64,000 bases of DNA from Acidimicrobium sp. (GCA_002737635.1 NSIC01000001.1:16891-80890); one strand, 5' to 3'; positions 47,440 through 55,121 are shown, counted from the first letter of the stretch. Notes: generated by a model not told the origin, from the letters alone. Translations and numbers: made by a program.

Positions 47440-48146
47440 TTAGTTTTCAGATTAGTTTTCAGATTACTTTTTAGCCACGGCACATAGTTGGGCATGAACG
47501 CCCACGAAGTGCGATGAATCGCCGATGGACCGTAACCCTGTAACGCGGCGCGATGCTTCGGGCACGGGTAACCCTTGTTCGTGTCAAAATGCCATTGCGG
47601 ATAATCACCTGCGAGCGAGCGCATCATGCGATCGCGCGAAACTTTCGCCAAGACTGAGGCTGCAGCCACCGATACACAATCGGCATCGGCTTTGACTTCG
47701 AGCATCACTTCGCGGGCGTGCGGCGAGACAAAATCCCAGCGGCCGTCAACAATTGCTGCGTCGACACTCGCAACATCAACACTCGCGCCGGCGAGTGCTG
47801 CAAAGCCACGTGCCGTAGCCAGGCGTTGTGCTGCAACCATGCCAAGTTGGTCGCACTCGAGCGCGCTCGCCGCGCCGATCGACCATCGCAGACATTTCGT
47901 TGCAACTTGCTCGAACATTTCTTCGCGCTGCATCTCAGAAAGTTGTTTCGAATCACGCACACCGCCTAGCAACACTGCCGGCTCGTCAGAAAAAACCATT
48001 TCACGACTCAACATCGCGATGCCGATTACAAGTGGTCCGGCCCAACTACCTTTGCCCACTTCGTCAATGCCGATGATTGTTTTCGCACCACGACCAAATA
48101 GCGACTGCTCTCGCGTCGCGTTTGGCCACGGCTTAATTTTTCGCAT
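47436..48146 (-). CDS. rnhB: Ribonuclease HII
   Basis: IIGIDEVGKGSWAGPLVIG (DEDD first motif), ...DSKQLS..., ...SAASVLAKV.RD. ATG 48146 lies 10 nt after the selD stop. The C-terminus carries NLKTNLKTN, encoded by a 12-bp tandem repeat. Confidence 0.9.
   Translation of the reverse strand: MRKIKPWPNATREQSLFGRGAKTIIGIDEVGKGSWAGPLVIGIAMLSREMVFSDEPAVLLGGVRDSKQLSEMQREEMFEQVATKCLRWSIGAASALECDQLGMVAAQRLATARGFAALAGASVDVASVDAAIVDGRWDFVSPHAREVMLEVKADADCVSVAAASVLAKVSRDRMMRSLAGDYPQWHFDTNKGYPCPKHRAALQGYGPSAIHRTSWAFMPNYVPWLKSNLKTNLKTN
47439..47466. repeat. 12-bp tandem repeat ATTAGTTTTCAG x2.3
   Basis: Read directly from the sequence. It lies at the 4-nt convergent overlap of the acd and rnhB stops and encodes the rnhB C-terminal NLKT repeats. 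Confidence 0.85.
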
Positions 48147-48156
48147 CAAGCACGAG

Positions 48157-49215
48157 TCAGCACAAATGCACGCTGGCCGGCGATGAACTGAACTCACCAA
48201 CCTTAAACCACATTTCGTCACGCAATAGTTTTTCGGCCGCCTCAGGCGTCACCGCAGCCAACAACCCACCACTCGTTTGCGGATCCATACACAACGCAAC
48301 AGACGAATCATCAGTAGTTGTGGCATCAAAACTGAAATGCTCGGCAACATACGCACGATTGCGCGGGTCGCCACCCGTGCGCACACCAGCCGCCGCCGCC
48401 TCGCGCGCACCCGCATATGCACGCAACCACGCCGCGCGCAACACCAGTTGCACACCTGAGCGTTGCGCCATCTCCCAACCGTGCCCAGCAAGGCCATAAC
48501 CCGTCACATCGGTTACACCGTGCACGGCAACACCGAGTTGTTGCAACTGTTCAGACGCAACACGGTTTAGCTTGCGCATGCCCGCGATCGCTTCAGCCTT
48601 GTCGCTCGCCGAACCATTAGCCAGCGTCAAACCGGTGCCGAGCGGTTTCGACAACAGCGCAACATCGCCGGCAACGGCACCACCTTTGCGAAATATTTTT
48701 TGTGGATGCACAACGCCCTGCACCGCCAACCCGAAGATTGGTTCGGGGTTTCGTATCGTGTGACCACCCGCCACAGATCCGCCGGCCTGAGCAACAACAT
48801 GTGCAGCCGCTGCAAAAATTTGCGATATCGCCGACGACGGAAAATTCTCTGGAAACGCCGCGATGTTCACAGCCATCACTATCCGTCCACCCATCGCAAA
48901 AACATCACTGCATGCGTTGGCCGCAGAGATCGCACCGAAGTCATCAGGGTCGTCGACCAGCGGTGGAAAAAAATCTGTCGTACTAACTAGCGCAACATCA
49001 TCCGAAACTTGATACACCGCAGCGTCGTCGAACGGCGCGAGACCAACCAACAATGCCGGATCAATATTTGATTTTGCTCCCTTTGCCAATTCGTCGACAA
49101 GATCTTTCAACAAATTCGCGCCCCACTTGGCTGCACATCCACCGCACGAAGTCCACTCGGTCAACTTCAATGGCGACAAACTCGGCGACGCACTGTTTAC
49201 CGATTCGCTAGCCAT
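48157..49215 (-). CDS. selD: Selenide, water dikinase (selenophosphate synthetase), Cys-type
   Basis: Strongly colinear with E. coli SelD: LTEWTSCGGCAAKWG (the Cys-x-x-Lys catalytic loop, with no in-frame TGA), LLVG...DDAAVY, STTDFFPPLVDDPDDFGAISAANACSDVFAMGG, AGGHTIRNPEPIFGLAVQGVV, SKPLGTG, TDVTGYGLAGHGWEM, MDPQTSGGLLAAVTPEAA. It was distinguished from the related ThiL by these blocks. Confidence 0.9.
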   Translation of the reverse strand: MASESVNSASPSLSPLKLTEWTSCGGCAAKWGANLLKDLVDELAKGAKSNIDPALLVGLAPFDDAAVYQVSDDVALVSTTDFFPPLVDDPDDFGAISAANACSDVFAMGGRIVMAVNIAAFPENFPSSAISQIFAAAAHVVAQAGGSVAGGHTIRNPEPIFGLAVQGVVHPQKIFRKGGAVAGDVALLSKPLGTGLTLANGSASDKAEAIAGMRKLNRVASEQLQQLGVAVHGVTDVTGYGLAGHGWEMAQRSGVQLVLRAAWLRAYAGAREAAAAGVRTGGDPRNRAYVAEHFSFDATTTDDSSVALCMDPQTSGGLLAAVTPEAAEKLLRDEMWFKVGEFSSSPASVHLC

Positions 49216-49224
49216 GCGCTCAGC

Positions 49225-50478
49225 CTATTTCATCGCTGCAGTTTGTGGCGCAGCAAAACCCGTCAACAAAGTTTCGCCACGCATCTCAGTGCCAGAGAAT
49301 GCAACATCAACCGCGCTCGCCGCAACGCGCGCGCCGATTGGTCCGTCAATTTCCCATAACAACGCAGGCTTCTCACCATGCCAACGCACTGCAAACGAAA
49401 TCAGATGCTCTGGGGATGCAACAAGCTTGTGACACTCGAAGTTCGCGCCAAGCCATGCAGCGTCGATGCCCCGCGGACAAATCTCGATCACATAATCATG
49501 GCGCTGCGCCACGAGTTGCGATTCAATCCATGCAATTTGACGCACGCCCGAGAAATCTGCCAGGCCGTCACGAGTAATATCCGCGCCCACATTCAGTTGA
49601 CCCCCAACAGCACCCAGCAAGCGCGACCACGCCTGAGCAACATCTTGTTGCCCGCGAGTCTCGCCGGCGCGATACAACACCATGCTCGCCGACAAAATTG
49701 CACGCTGTTCGAACCATTGCACGGTTTCATTTTTTGCGCACCGACGAATAATTGATTCTGTCGCCGTCGCCACTTCGTCAATCCACTCGCCCGGCTTGTC
49801 ACCGAGTTTCACTCGCTCAGCGCGATCTAAAATTAAATCAACAGCATCTTCGGTTTCGCCAGCCGGCAATCTCGAATTTGCCGTACCAAGCAGCAACTTG
49901 CATCGCTGCGTTGTCAACATAGTCGCCCACGAAGCCTCAGGCAGATCAATGCGGCTCGAAACCCGCAACGCCGCAAGCCAACCCCGTTCGACTTGCTCGA
50001 AACTCGGCAACGACTCAAGTTCTTGCGCCGAAATTTTGCGCCCTGACTCATTAATCAAAATCGCCGCACGCATCGTCGCATGATGCCCGACCGGAAACAC
50101 CACGCTTCCAGCTGGCAAATCAATGCCCTGCACACCAGTCGGGCTCGGCTCGCGCATCGTAGCGATATCTCCACGATCGAACGCGACAGCAAACGGCAAC
50201 GATGAGTCGTTATATATTTCGACAACAATCGCACCGCCAAAATTAGCGACACCATAAACCCGTTGCACGGCGTCACCACCTGGCACTTTGATTCGCGTTT
50301 CAATCACGGGCACCCCAGAAATCTCGCGTTGCCTCACCGTCGTCTCACGCGACGGTCGATACCACCGATCGTCTGCGGCGACAAACCACCGCAACCGCTC
50401 TTGGCCATCCACGAACACATCGCCCCATGCGTTTACAGCGCCAGCCCATGCGCCACCGCGCACACCAACCGCACGCAT
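49225..50478 (-). CDS. Hypothetical 417-aa protein (no recognisable family)
   Basis: A long ORF whose ATG shares one base with the gpsA stop (TAATG). It ends 9 nt before the selD start. It has no TM segments, signal peptide or catalytic motif that I can name. Confidence 0.65.
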   Translation of the reverse strand: MRAVGVRGGAWAGAVNAWGDVFVDGQERLRWFVAADDRWYRPSRETTVRQREISGVPVIETRIKVPGGDAVQRVYGVANFGGAIVVEIYNDSSLPFAVAFDRGDIATMREPSPTGVQGIDLPAGSVVFPVGHHATMRAAILINESGRKISAQELESLPSFEQVERGWLAALRVSSRIDLPEASWATMLTTQRCKLLLGTANSRLPAGETEDAVDLILDRAERVKLGDKPGEWIDEVATATESIIRRCAKNETVQWFEQRAILSASMVLYRAGETRGQQDVAQAWSRLLGAVGGQLNVGADITRDGLADFSGVRQIAWIESQLVAQRHDYVIEICPRGIDAAWLGANFECHKLVASPEHLISFAVRWHGEKPALLWEIDGPIGARVAASAVDVAFSGTEMRGETLLTGFAAPQTAAMK

Positions 50479-51500
50479 TAGTCGAACTCAGACTTCATAG
50501 TTCGCGCCATCAACTGCACGAGTGCATCTTTGGCATTGGTTTTGCCTTCGCATACGGCGGCAACCTGTTCTGTGATTGGCATCTCAATTTTGCATCGTTG
50601 CGCAAGTTGCAACACCGACAACGAAGACCGCACGCCTTCAGCGACCATCAACATCGATTCAGTGATCGACTCAATCGTTTCGCCGCGCCCAAGGCGCACA
50701 CCCACCGCCGTGTTGCGACTTTTGGCCGACGCACAAGTTGCGACAACATCACCCAAACCAGCCAGCCCCGTAAAGGTGTTCGGGTTCGCCCCCAATGCAA
50801 CGCCAAGCCTCGACATTTCGGCCAGACCCCGAGTAATCAGCGTCGCTTTCGAGTTGTCACCGAAGCCCATGCCTTCAACGATGCCCGCAGCAATCGCAAT
50901 CACATTTTTCACAACACCCGCAATTTCACAACCGACAACATCTGGGTTTGTATACACGCGCAATGTCGGCAACGAAATAATTTTTTGGATCATCTTGCCC
51001 ACCCGCTCGTCACCACACGCGACAACAGTCGCCGCCGGCTGCCCCGCCAAAATCTCGTGCGCCAAGTTCGGCCCAGTCAACACCGCAACCGGGTTACGCG
51101 GCATCAAATCTTTGGCCACCTCGCTCATCCGCTTCAAAGTCTCGCGCTCTAATCCTTTTGCCAAACTCACGATCGGCACATCACTGGCGACAAACTTGGC
51201 AACTTCAGTAGCGACATCGCGAAAACCATTCGAAGGCACCGCCATCATCACGATCGAAGCGTTCGTCACGACATCTTCTAACACCGACGAGCACCGCAAA
51301 CTTTCAACCAATTGCACGCCGCGCAAATAGTCGACATTTTCGTGGCGCATCGAAATTTGTTCGGCCAACTCGCCACGCCGCGCCCATAACACCGTCGTTT
51401 GATTTTTCGCCACCGCATTTGCAACCGTCGTGCCCCACGAACCAGCACCAACGACCGCAATATGGCTTTCCACGCCTACAAGAGTATGCGGGCAAAGCAT
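50478..51500 (-). CDS. gpsA: NAD(P)H-dependent glycerol-3-phosphate dehydrogenase
   Basis: IAVVGAGSWGTTVANAVAKN plus colinear GpsA blocks (..NVDYLRG.., ..AKGLE.., GDVVATC.S..SRN). ATG 51500 was chosen; the longest ORF (to 51599) would overlap the divergent cofC start. Confidence 0.9.
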   Translation of the reverse strand: MLCPHTLVGVESHIAVVGAGSWGTTVANAVAKNQTTVLWARRGELAEQISMRHENVDYLRGVQLVESLRCSSVLEDVVTNASIVMMAVPSNGFRDVATEVAKFVASDVPIVSLAKGLERETLKRMSEVAKDLMPRNPVAVLTGPNLAHEILAGQPAATVVACGDERVGKMIQKIISLPTLRVYTNPDVVGCEIAGVVKNVIAIAAGIVEGMGFGDNSKATLITRGLAEMSRLGVALGANPNTFTGLAGLGDVVATCASAKSRNTAVGVRLGRGETIESITESMLMVAEGVRSSLSVLQLAQRCKIEMPITEQVAAVCEGKTNAKDALVQLMARTMKSEFD

Positions 51501-51574
51501 TTCAGCCTTATCCGCCAGCGTCAGCGCTTTGTCCCGCAACGCCTGCACTGCGGCCAGAACCGTAGGCTTCGCAG

Positions 51575-52204
51575 GTGCCTTCGCAGCGGTCCGCACCAAA
51601 TACCTCGCTCGATCTATCGACAGTCGCCGTAGTCATCCCAGTCAAAGCATTTCACCATGCCAAAGAGCGACTATCTGATTTGCTGACACCAGCCGAGCGA
51701 ATCGTCTTGACAAAATATTGCGCCGATCGCGTCATCAACGCCGCATCCAACTTTGACGTGTTTGTCGTGTGCGACGATCCAGATGTCGCGCAATGGGCCC
51801 GCGACCACAAAGCAACAATCGTTTGGCAACCTGAGGTCGGTCTCAACGCCGCAGTGCGCGAAGGCGTCAATTTCGTCGCCAGGCAAAACAAGCAACTAGC
51901 AATTGTCACTCACAGCGATCTGCCACTCGCCACCGAATTCGATCATCTACTAAGCGACCAAAGCCCCGAAACTTTGCTCTCGTCGATAACGCTCGTACCC
52001 GATCGCCATCAAGACGGCACCAATGTGATGGTTTTGCCGACAAATTTCGACTTCGAATTCTGCTACGGCAAGAACAGTTTCACCGCCCATCAAAAAATAG
52101 CCAAAACTTATGGATTATCAGTGCGAGTTTTTCACGACTCAAGTCTCGCGGTCGACATCGACACCGCAGATGACTTGGCGGTTGCCCGACAACTCGAAAA
52201 CTAA
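51575..52204 (+). CDS. cofC: 2-phospho-L-lactate/phosphoenolpyruvate guanylyltransferase (CofC/FbiD)
   Basis: AVVIPVKAFHHAKERLSDLL, ...HSDLPLAT..., ~209 aa of MobA-like fold. It is divergent from gpsA, as fbiD (Rv2983) is from gpdA2 in M. tuberculosis. Confidence 0.8.
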   Translation: MPSQRSAPNTSLDLSTVAVVIPVKAFHHAKERLSDLLTPAERIVLTKYCADRVINAASNFDVFVVCDDPDVAQWARDHKATIVWQPEVGLNAAVREGVNFVARQNKQLAIVTHSDLPLATEFDHLLSDQSPETLLSSITLVPDRHQDGTNVMVLPTNFDFEFCYGKNSFTAHQKIAKTYGLSVRVFHDSSLAVDIDTADDLAVARQLEN

Positions 52205-52230
52205 CGCACGACTAACGCACGACTAACGCT
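52201..52230. repeat. 11-bp tandem repeat CTAACGCACGA x2.7
   Basis: It begins in the cofC stop codon. TAA occurs at 52202, 52213 and 52224, so all three plus-strand frames are closed. Confidence 0.85.
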
Positions 52231-52238
52231 ACAAAAGA

Positions 52239-52267
52239 AAGAAGAGGGGCCGAAGCCCCTCTTCTTA
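52239..52267 (-). terminator. Rho-independent terminator for the hup/micro-ORF transcript
   Basis: The minus strand reads GAAGAAGGGGC-TTCG-GCCCCTCTTC followed by TTTCTTTTG. This is a GC-rich stem of about 10 bp with one bulged A, a UUCG tetraloop and a U-rich tail. The tail is weaker in the plus direction (cofC side). Confidence 0.75.
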
Positions 52268-52307
52268 CGGTATTCCGAACCAACTTGCTTGAAGTGGCTT
52301 AAGGCCT

Positions 52308-52393
52308 TATTTCTTTTTCTTAGCCTTACGACGCTTCTTTGCAGGTGCCTTCTTAGCGGCCTTCTTGGCCTTCTTGCGCTTTTTTGCTGCCAT
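52308..52393 (-). other. Lys/Ala-rich micro-ORF downstream of hup (needs a -1 shift or one extra A as sequenced)
   Basis: AAGGAG sits 8 nt before ATG 52393..52391, the strongest SD I saw in the window. ATG GCA GCA AAA then continues in the -1 frame as AAG CGC AAG AAG GCC..., giving MAAKKRKKAKKAAKKAPAKKRRKAKKKK and a TAA at 52310..52308, about 40 nt before the terminator. The 0 frame instead runs through the terminator hairpin to TAG 52231..52229. Confidence 0.3.
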
Positions 52394-52425
52394 TTTATTT
52401 CTCCTTGTTGTTTGTTATTACTTGT

Positions 52426-52707
52426 CTAGCGGTTTGGATTCAGAGCAGCTTTGAGTGTTGAACTCGAGCTGAACTTCATCGCTGTTGATGCTTTCACCTG
52501 CACGGGAGCCCCAGTTTGAGGATTCCTGCCGATGCGAGCCTTTCGCTTCGAGGTGCTGAACGAGCCGAAACCCGGCCAAGCAACCTTGTCGCCTTGCATA
52601 GCGGATGAGACGACGAGGTCAAAGAATTCTGCAATCGTGCGTTCGGCATCTGCCTTCGACACGCCTGCTTTCTGTGACACTGCATCAATCAATTCTGCTT
52701 TAGTCAT
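52426..52707 (-). CDS. hup: Nucleoid-associated protein HU (short form)
   Basis: MTKAELIDAVSQKAGVSKADAERT...FGSFSTSKRKARIGRNPQTGAPVQV is the canonical HU/IHF fold with the arm motif R.GRNP.TG. 93 aa with no basic C-terminal tail. AAGG SD lies 7 nt upstream. Confidence 0.95.
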   Translation of the reverse strand: MTKAELIDAVSQKAGVSKADAERTIAEFFDLVVSSAMQGDKVAWPGFGSFSTSKRKARIGRNPQTGAPVQVKASTAMKFSSSSTLKAALNPNR

Positions 52708-53220
52708 TTCTATTACCTTGCTTTCTTCGGTTACGGATTACCGCTGAACATCTATTTGAGTAGGTTTGAAAACAAATTGCAAGCATTGAGCACTATTTCG
52801 AACTTTTTGCGACACCCGATCCGAAAATCAAATCAGGCGCAAAAAATCGCGAAAAATTATCTCACAAGACAAAAATTTTTGCCGATCCAACGCGTCGTCG
52901 AACACGGCAGCAAATTCGGCAAGTCAGCCAAGCAACATCGGCAAAGCTATATTTTATATGGCTTTTACAGCATCGGCAGTTTCGCATCACTTGTAACTAA
53001 TTCGAAAAAACCTTGTGGATAAACATTTCGACAAGATTTCAACTCAGCCCAAAACGCAACCGTCAATACGACCACAAAATTCGCTGGACAAGATATTTTT
53101 CAGGTCGAAAAAGAAATTTTAAATAAATTTTTAAAAATCCCGTAAATTCGCCCTATCAAGAGCACTTTTGGCGCTCCCCATCCACCAACACCCAACACGA
53201 AGAAGCAACAATTACTTTCG

Positions 53221-54609
53221 TTGTCAACTTCAAAATCAATTTCTGAAAAAACCAACGAGCAGTTCGCCGACTTGTTCACGACGCCAGTCGGCTCGCGAGT
53301 CGTGCTCGACACTTCTGTTTTAGTCGCCGACCCTAACTGTCTGAATAGTTTTCCAAATTGTGCGATCGTTATCCCGTTGACCGTGATCGAAGAACTGGAC
53401 GGGTTAAAAACTCGAATGGATGATGTCGGTCGCTCAGCACGCAGCGCACTTCGCGCGATCGAAGATTTGCGCCGCAAAGCCGGTGGCTCACTTAAAGAAC
53501 CCACACCAATTAGTGGCACCAAACCAGGGTCAACCATTCAAATTGAAGTCAACGGCATTCAAAAACATTTACTGATAGAGCACGGGCTCGACCCACAGGT
53601 GCCAGACAACCGCATAATCGGCGCCGCCTTGGGTCAAGCATCGGTTTCGCCGACCTGCATTGTTTCAAACGACGCGGCGTTACGCATCAAAGCCGCCCAC
53701 ATGGGTCTGACAGCGCTTGAACATCGTCCTGTCAATGGCGGTCGCTCCGAAAAACCGATGGGCTGGTCGACATTTGATGCCTCAGTCGAAGTAATTGACA
53801 GCCTCTACAAATCAGAGGGCATCGAGAAGTCAGAAATTGAAGGCGCCGAAGGTCTATACGAAAACAATTTTGCTGTTTTGCGTTGTGGCTCACAGTCGGC
53901 TCTCACCCGATGCCGCGACAATGAGTTGCGCTTGATGCAACAAAACGCCCCCGAAGCCTGGGGTTTGCGCGCCCGCAATAAAGAACAGCGTTTCGCCCTC
54001 GAACTTTTGCTCGATCCGCAAATCACTGTCGTGGCCCTCGACGGTCGCGCCGGTACCGGAAAAACGGTTCTGGCAATCGCCGCGGGTCTCGAACAAGTCG
54101 TCGAGCAACATCGTTACGAACGCTTGGCTGTCTATCGACCACTCGTACCAGTTGGTCGCGCCGATGTCGGTTTTCTGCCTGGTGGCCTCGAAGAAAAACT
54201 CGATCCATGGATGTCGGCAATTCACGACGCAGTCGTCGCGCTGACCGACGATCGTTCAAGTCGCGATGCCCGCGGCTTGATCGACGATCTAATCGCTCGA
54301 GGTCAGTTAACGCTTGAGTCGGTCACTTTCTTGCGTGGGCGCAGCCTGCAAGCCCAGATCGTCGTGGTCGACGAGGCACAAAACCTCGAACCAACGACCT
54401 TGAAAACGATCTTGACCAGAATCGGCGACGGCACAAAAGTCGTGTTCACGGGTGATACAAGCCAAATCGACGCGCCATATATGGGTGAAAGCAACAACGC
54501 GCTCGCCGTTTTAGTGCAGGCATTCGCAGGTCAAAGTTGCTTTGGCCACATCACGCTCGAGGCTTGTGAGCGCAGTGAAGTCGCCAGCCTGGCGGCCGAA
54601 CTTCTTTAG
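53221..54609 (+). CDS. phoH2: PhoH2: PIN-domain RNase fused to a PhoH-like ATPase
   Basis: PIN N-terminus VLDTSVLVADP...VIPLTVIEELDGLK. PhoH domain with Walker A LDGRAGTGKTVLAIAAGL and Walker B VVVDEAQNL. TTG start at 53221. Confidence 0.9.
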   Translation: MSTSKSISEKTNEQFADLFTTPVGSRVVLDTSVLVADPNCLNSFPNCAIVIPLTVIEELDGLKTRMDDVGRSARSALRAIEDLRRKAGGSLKEPTPISGTKPGSTIQIEVNGIQKHLLIEHGLDPQVPDNRIIGAALGQASVSPTCIVSNDAALRIKAAHMGLTALEHRPVNGGRSEKPMGWSTFDASVEVIDSLYKSEGIEKSEIEGAEGLYENNFAVLRCGSQSALTRCRDNELRLMQQNAPEAWGLRARNKEQRFALELLLDPQITVVALDGRAGTGKTVLAIAAGLEQVVEQHRYERLAVYRPLVPVGRADVGFLPGGLEEKLDPWMSAIHDAVVALTDDRSSRDARGLIDDLIARGQLTLESVTFLRGRSLQAQIVVVDEAQNLEPTTLKTILTRIGDGTKVVFTGDTSQIDAPYMGESNNALAVLVQAFAGQSCFGHITLEACERSEVASLAAELL

Positions 54610-54621
54610 TTCAAGAGTTCG

Positions 54622-54650
54622 ACATAGTTGAACATAGTTGAACATAGTTA
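54622..54650. repeat. 10-bp tandem repeat ACATAGTTGA x2.9
   Basis: It starts 13 nt after the phoH2 stop and lies 72-100 nt upstream of the whiB-like start. TAG/TGA occur in all three plus-strand frames. Confidence 0.85.
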
Positions 54651-54721
54651 CAAGTTTGTAATTAAATATTTTCTCAAGCAAAGTTTCTGCTTAACTTTTT
54701 CGAATTAATAATGTACGGTTC

Positions 54722-55084
54722 GTGACATATACCTTTGAGAGTTCTCCCGGCTACTTAACTCTTGAATCACTGCGTGCGCTGGCACAACTCGCCAAATGGC
54801 GCGAGCAATCAAAATGCACCGGCAAACGCAGACTTTTTTTTGCACCAAACTCTGAGCGACCACAAGCAAGAATTCGACGCGAAGCAAAAGCCATCACGCT
54901 TTGTAATTGCTGCCCCGCAAGAACTCCTTGTCGCGACTTCGCTCGCAAAAATCACGAATACGGCTTTTGGGGTGGCGAAAACGAAGAACAGCGTCATCTA
55001 GCGGGATATAAAGTGATCGCCCCAATTGGCATTCGCGCAAAAATTATTCGTCCGCCGCAAGAAAAGAATGAGGACCACTACTAA
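54722..55084 (+). CDS. WhiB-family (Wbl) iron-sulfur transcription factor
   Basis: Four Cys in Wbl spacing (KC...LCNCCPARTPC, i.e. C-Xn-C-X2-C-X5-C) followed by the turn YGFWGGE. GTG start. No AT-hook at the C-terminus. Confidence 0.85.
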   Translation: MTYTFESSPGYLTLESLRALAQLAKWREQSKCTGKRRLFFAPNSERPQARIRREAKAITLCNCCPARTPCRDFARKNHEYGFWGGENEEQRHLAGYKVIAPIGIRAKIIRPPQEKNEDHY

Positions 55085-55121
55085 ATAGCTCTAACGCTCA
55101 GTTCAAGCATTACGGCGTGTA

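Noticed and set aside
48157-49215. Selenocysteine (in-frame TGA) version of SelD, or misidentified ThiL
   Set aside because: The catalytic loop reads SCGGCAAK with Cys codons and the ORF has no internal TGA. The conserved blocks match SelD (TDVTGYGL, DPQTSGGLL) rather than ThiL.
50427-51330. Long plus-strand ORFs (241 and 266 aa) antisense to gpsA. Similar antisense ORFs occur at 20934..21680, 12785..13417, 60647..61354, 4685..5167 and 47626..48186
   Set aside because: Their composition is Arg/Ser/Pro/Thr-rich and low in complexity, which is typical of the shadow frames of real genes. They have no motifs, and the opposite strand carries confidently identified genes.
52756-53022. 88-aa TTG-initiated ORF inside the long hup/phoH2 gap
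   Set aside because: It has no SD and atypical AT-rich codon content relative to neighbouring genes, and it contains no motifs. I treat the region as non-coding pending transcript data.
53168-53323. 51-codon TTG ORF overlapping the phoH2 start, a possible phoAT-like antitoxin
   Set aside because: The start is a weak TTG without an SD. The peptide (MALPIHQHPTRRSNNYFRCQ...) has no recognisable features. I cannot support it from the sequence alone, and I mention it only as something to check.
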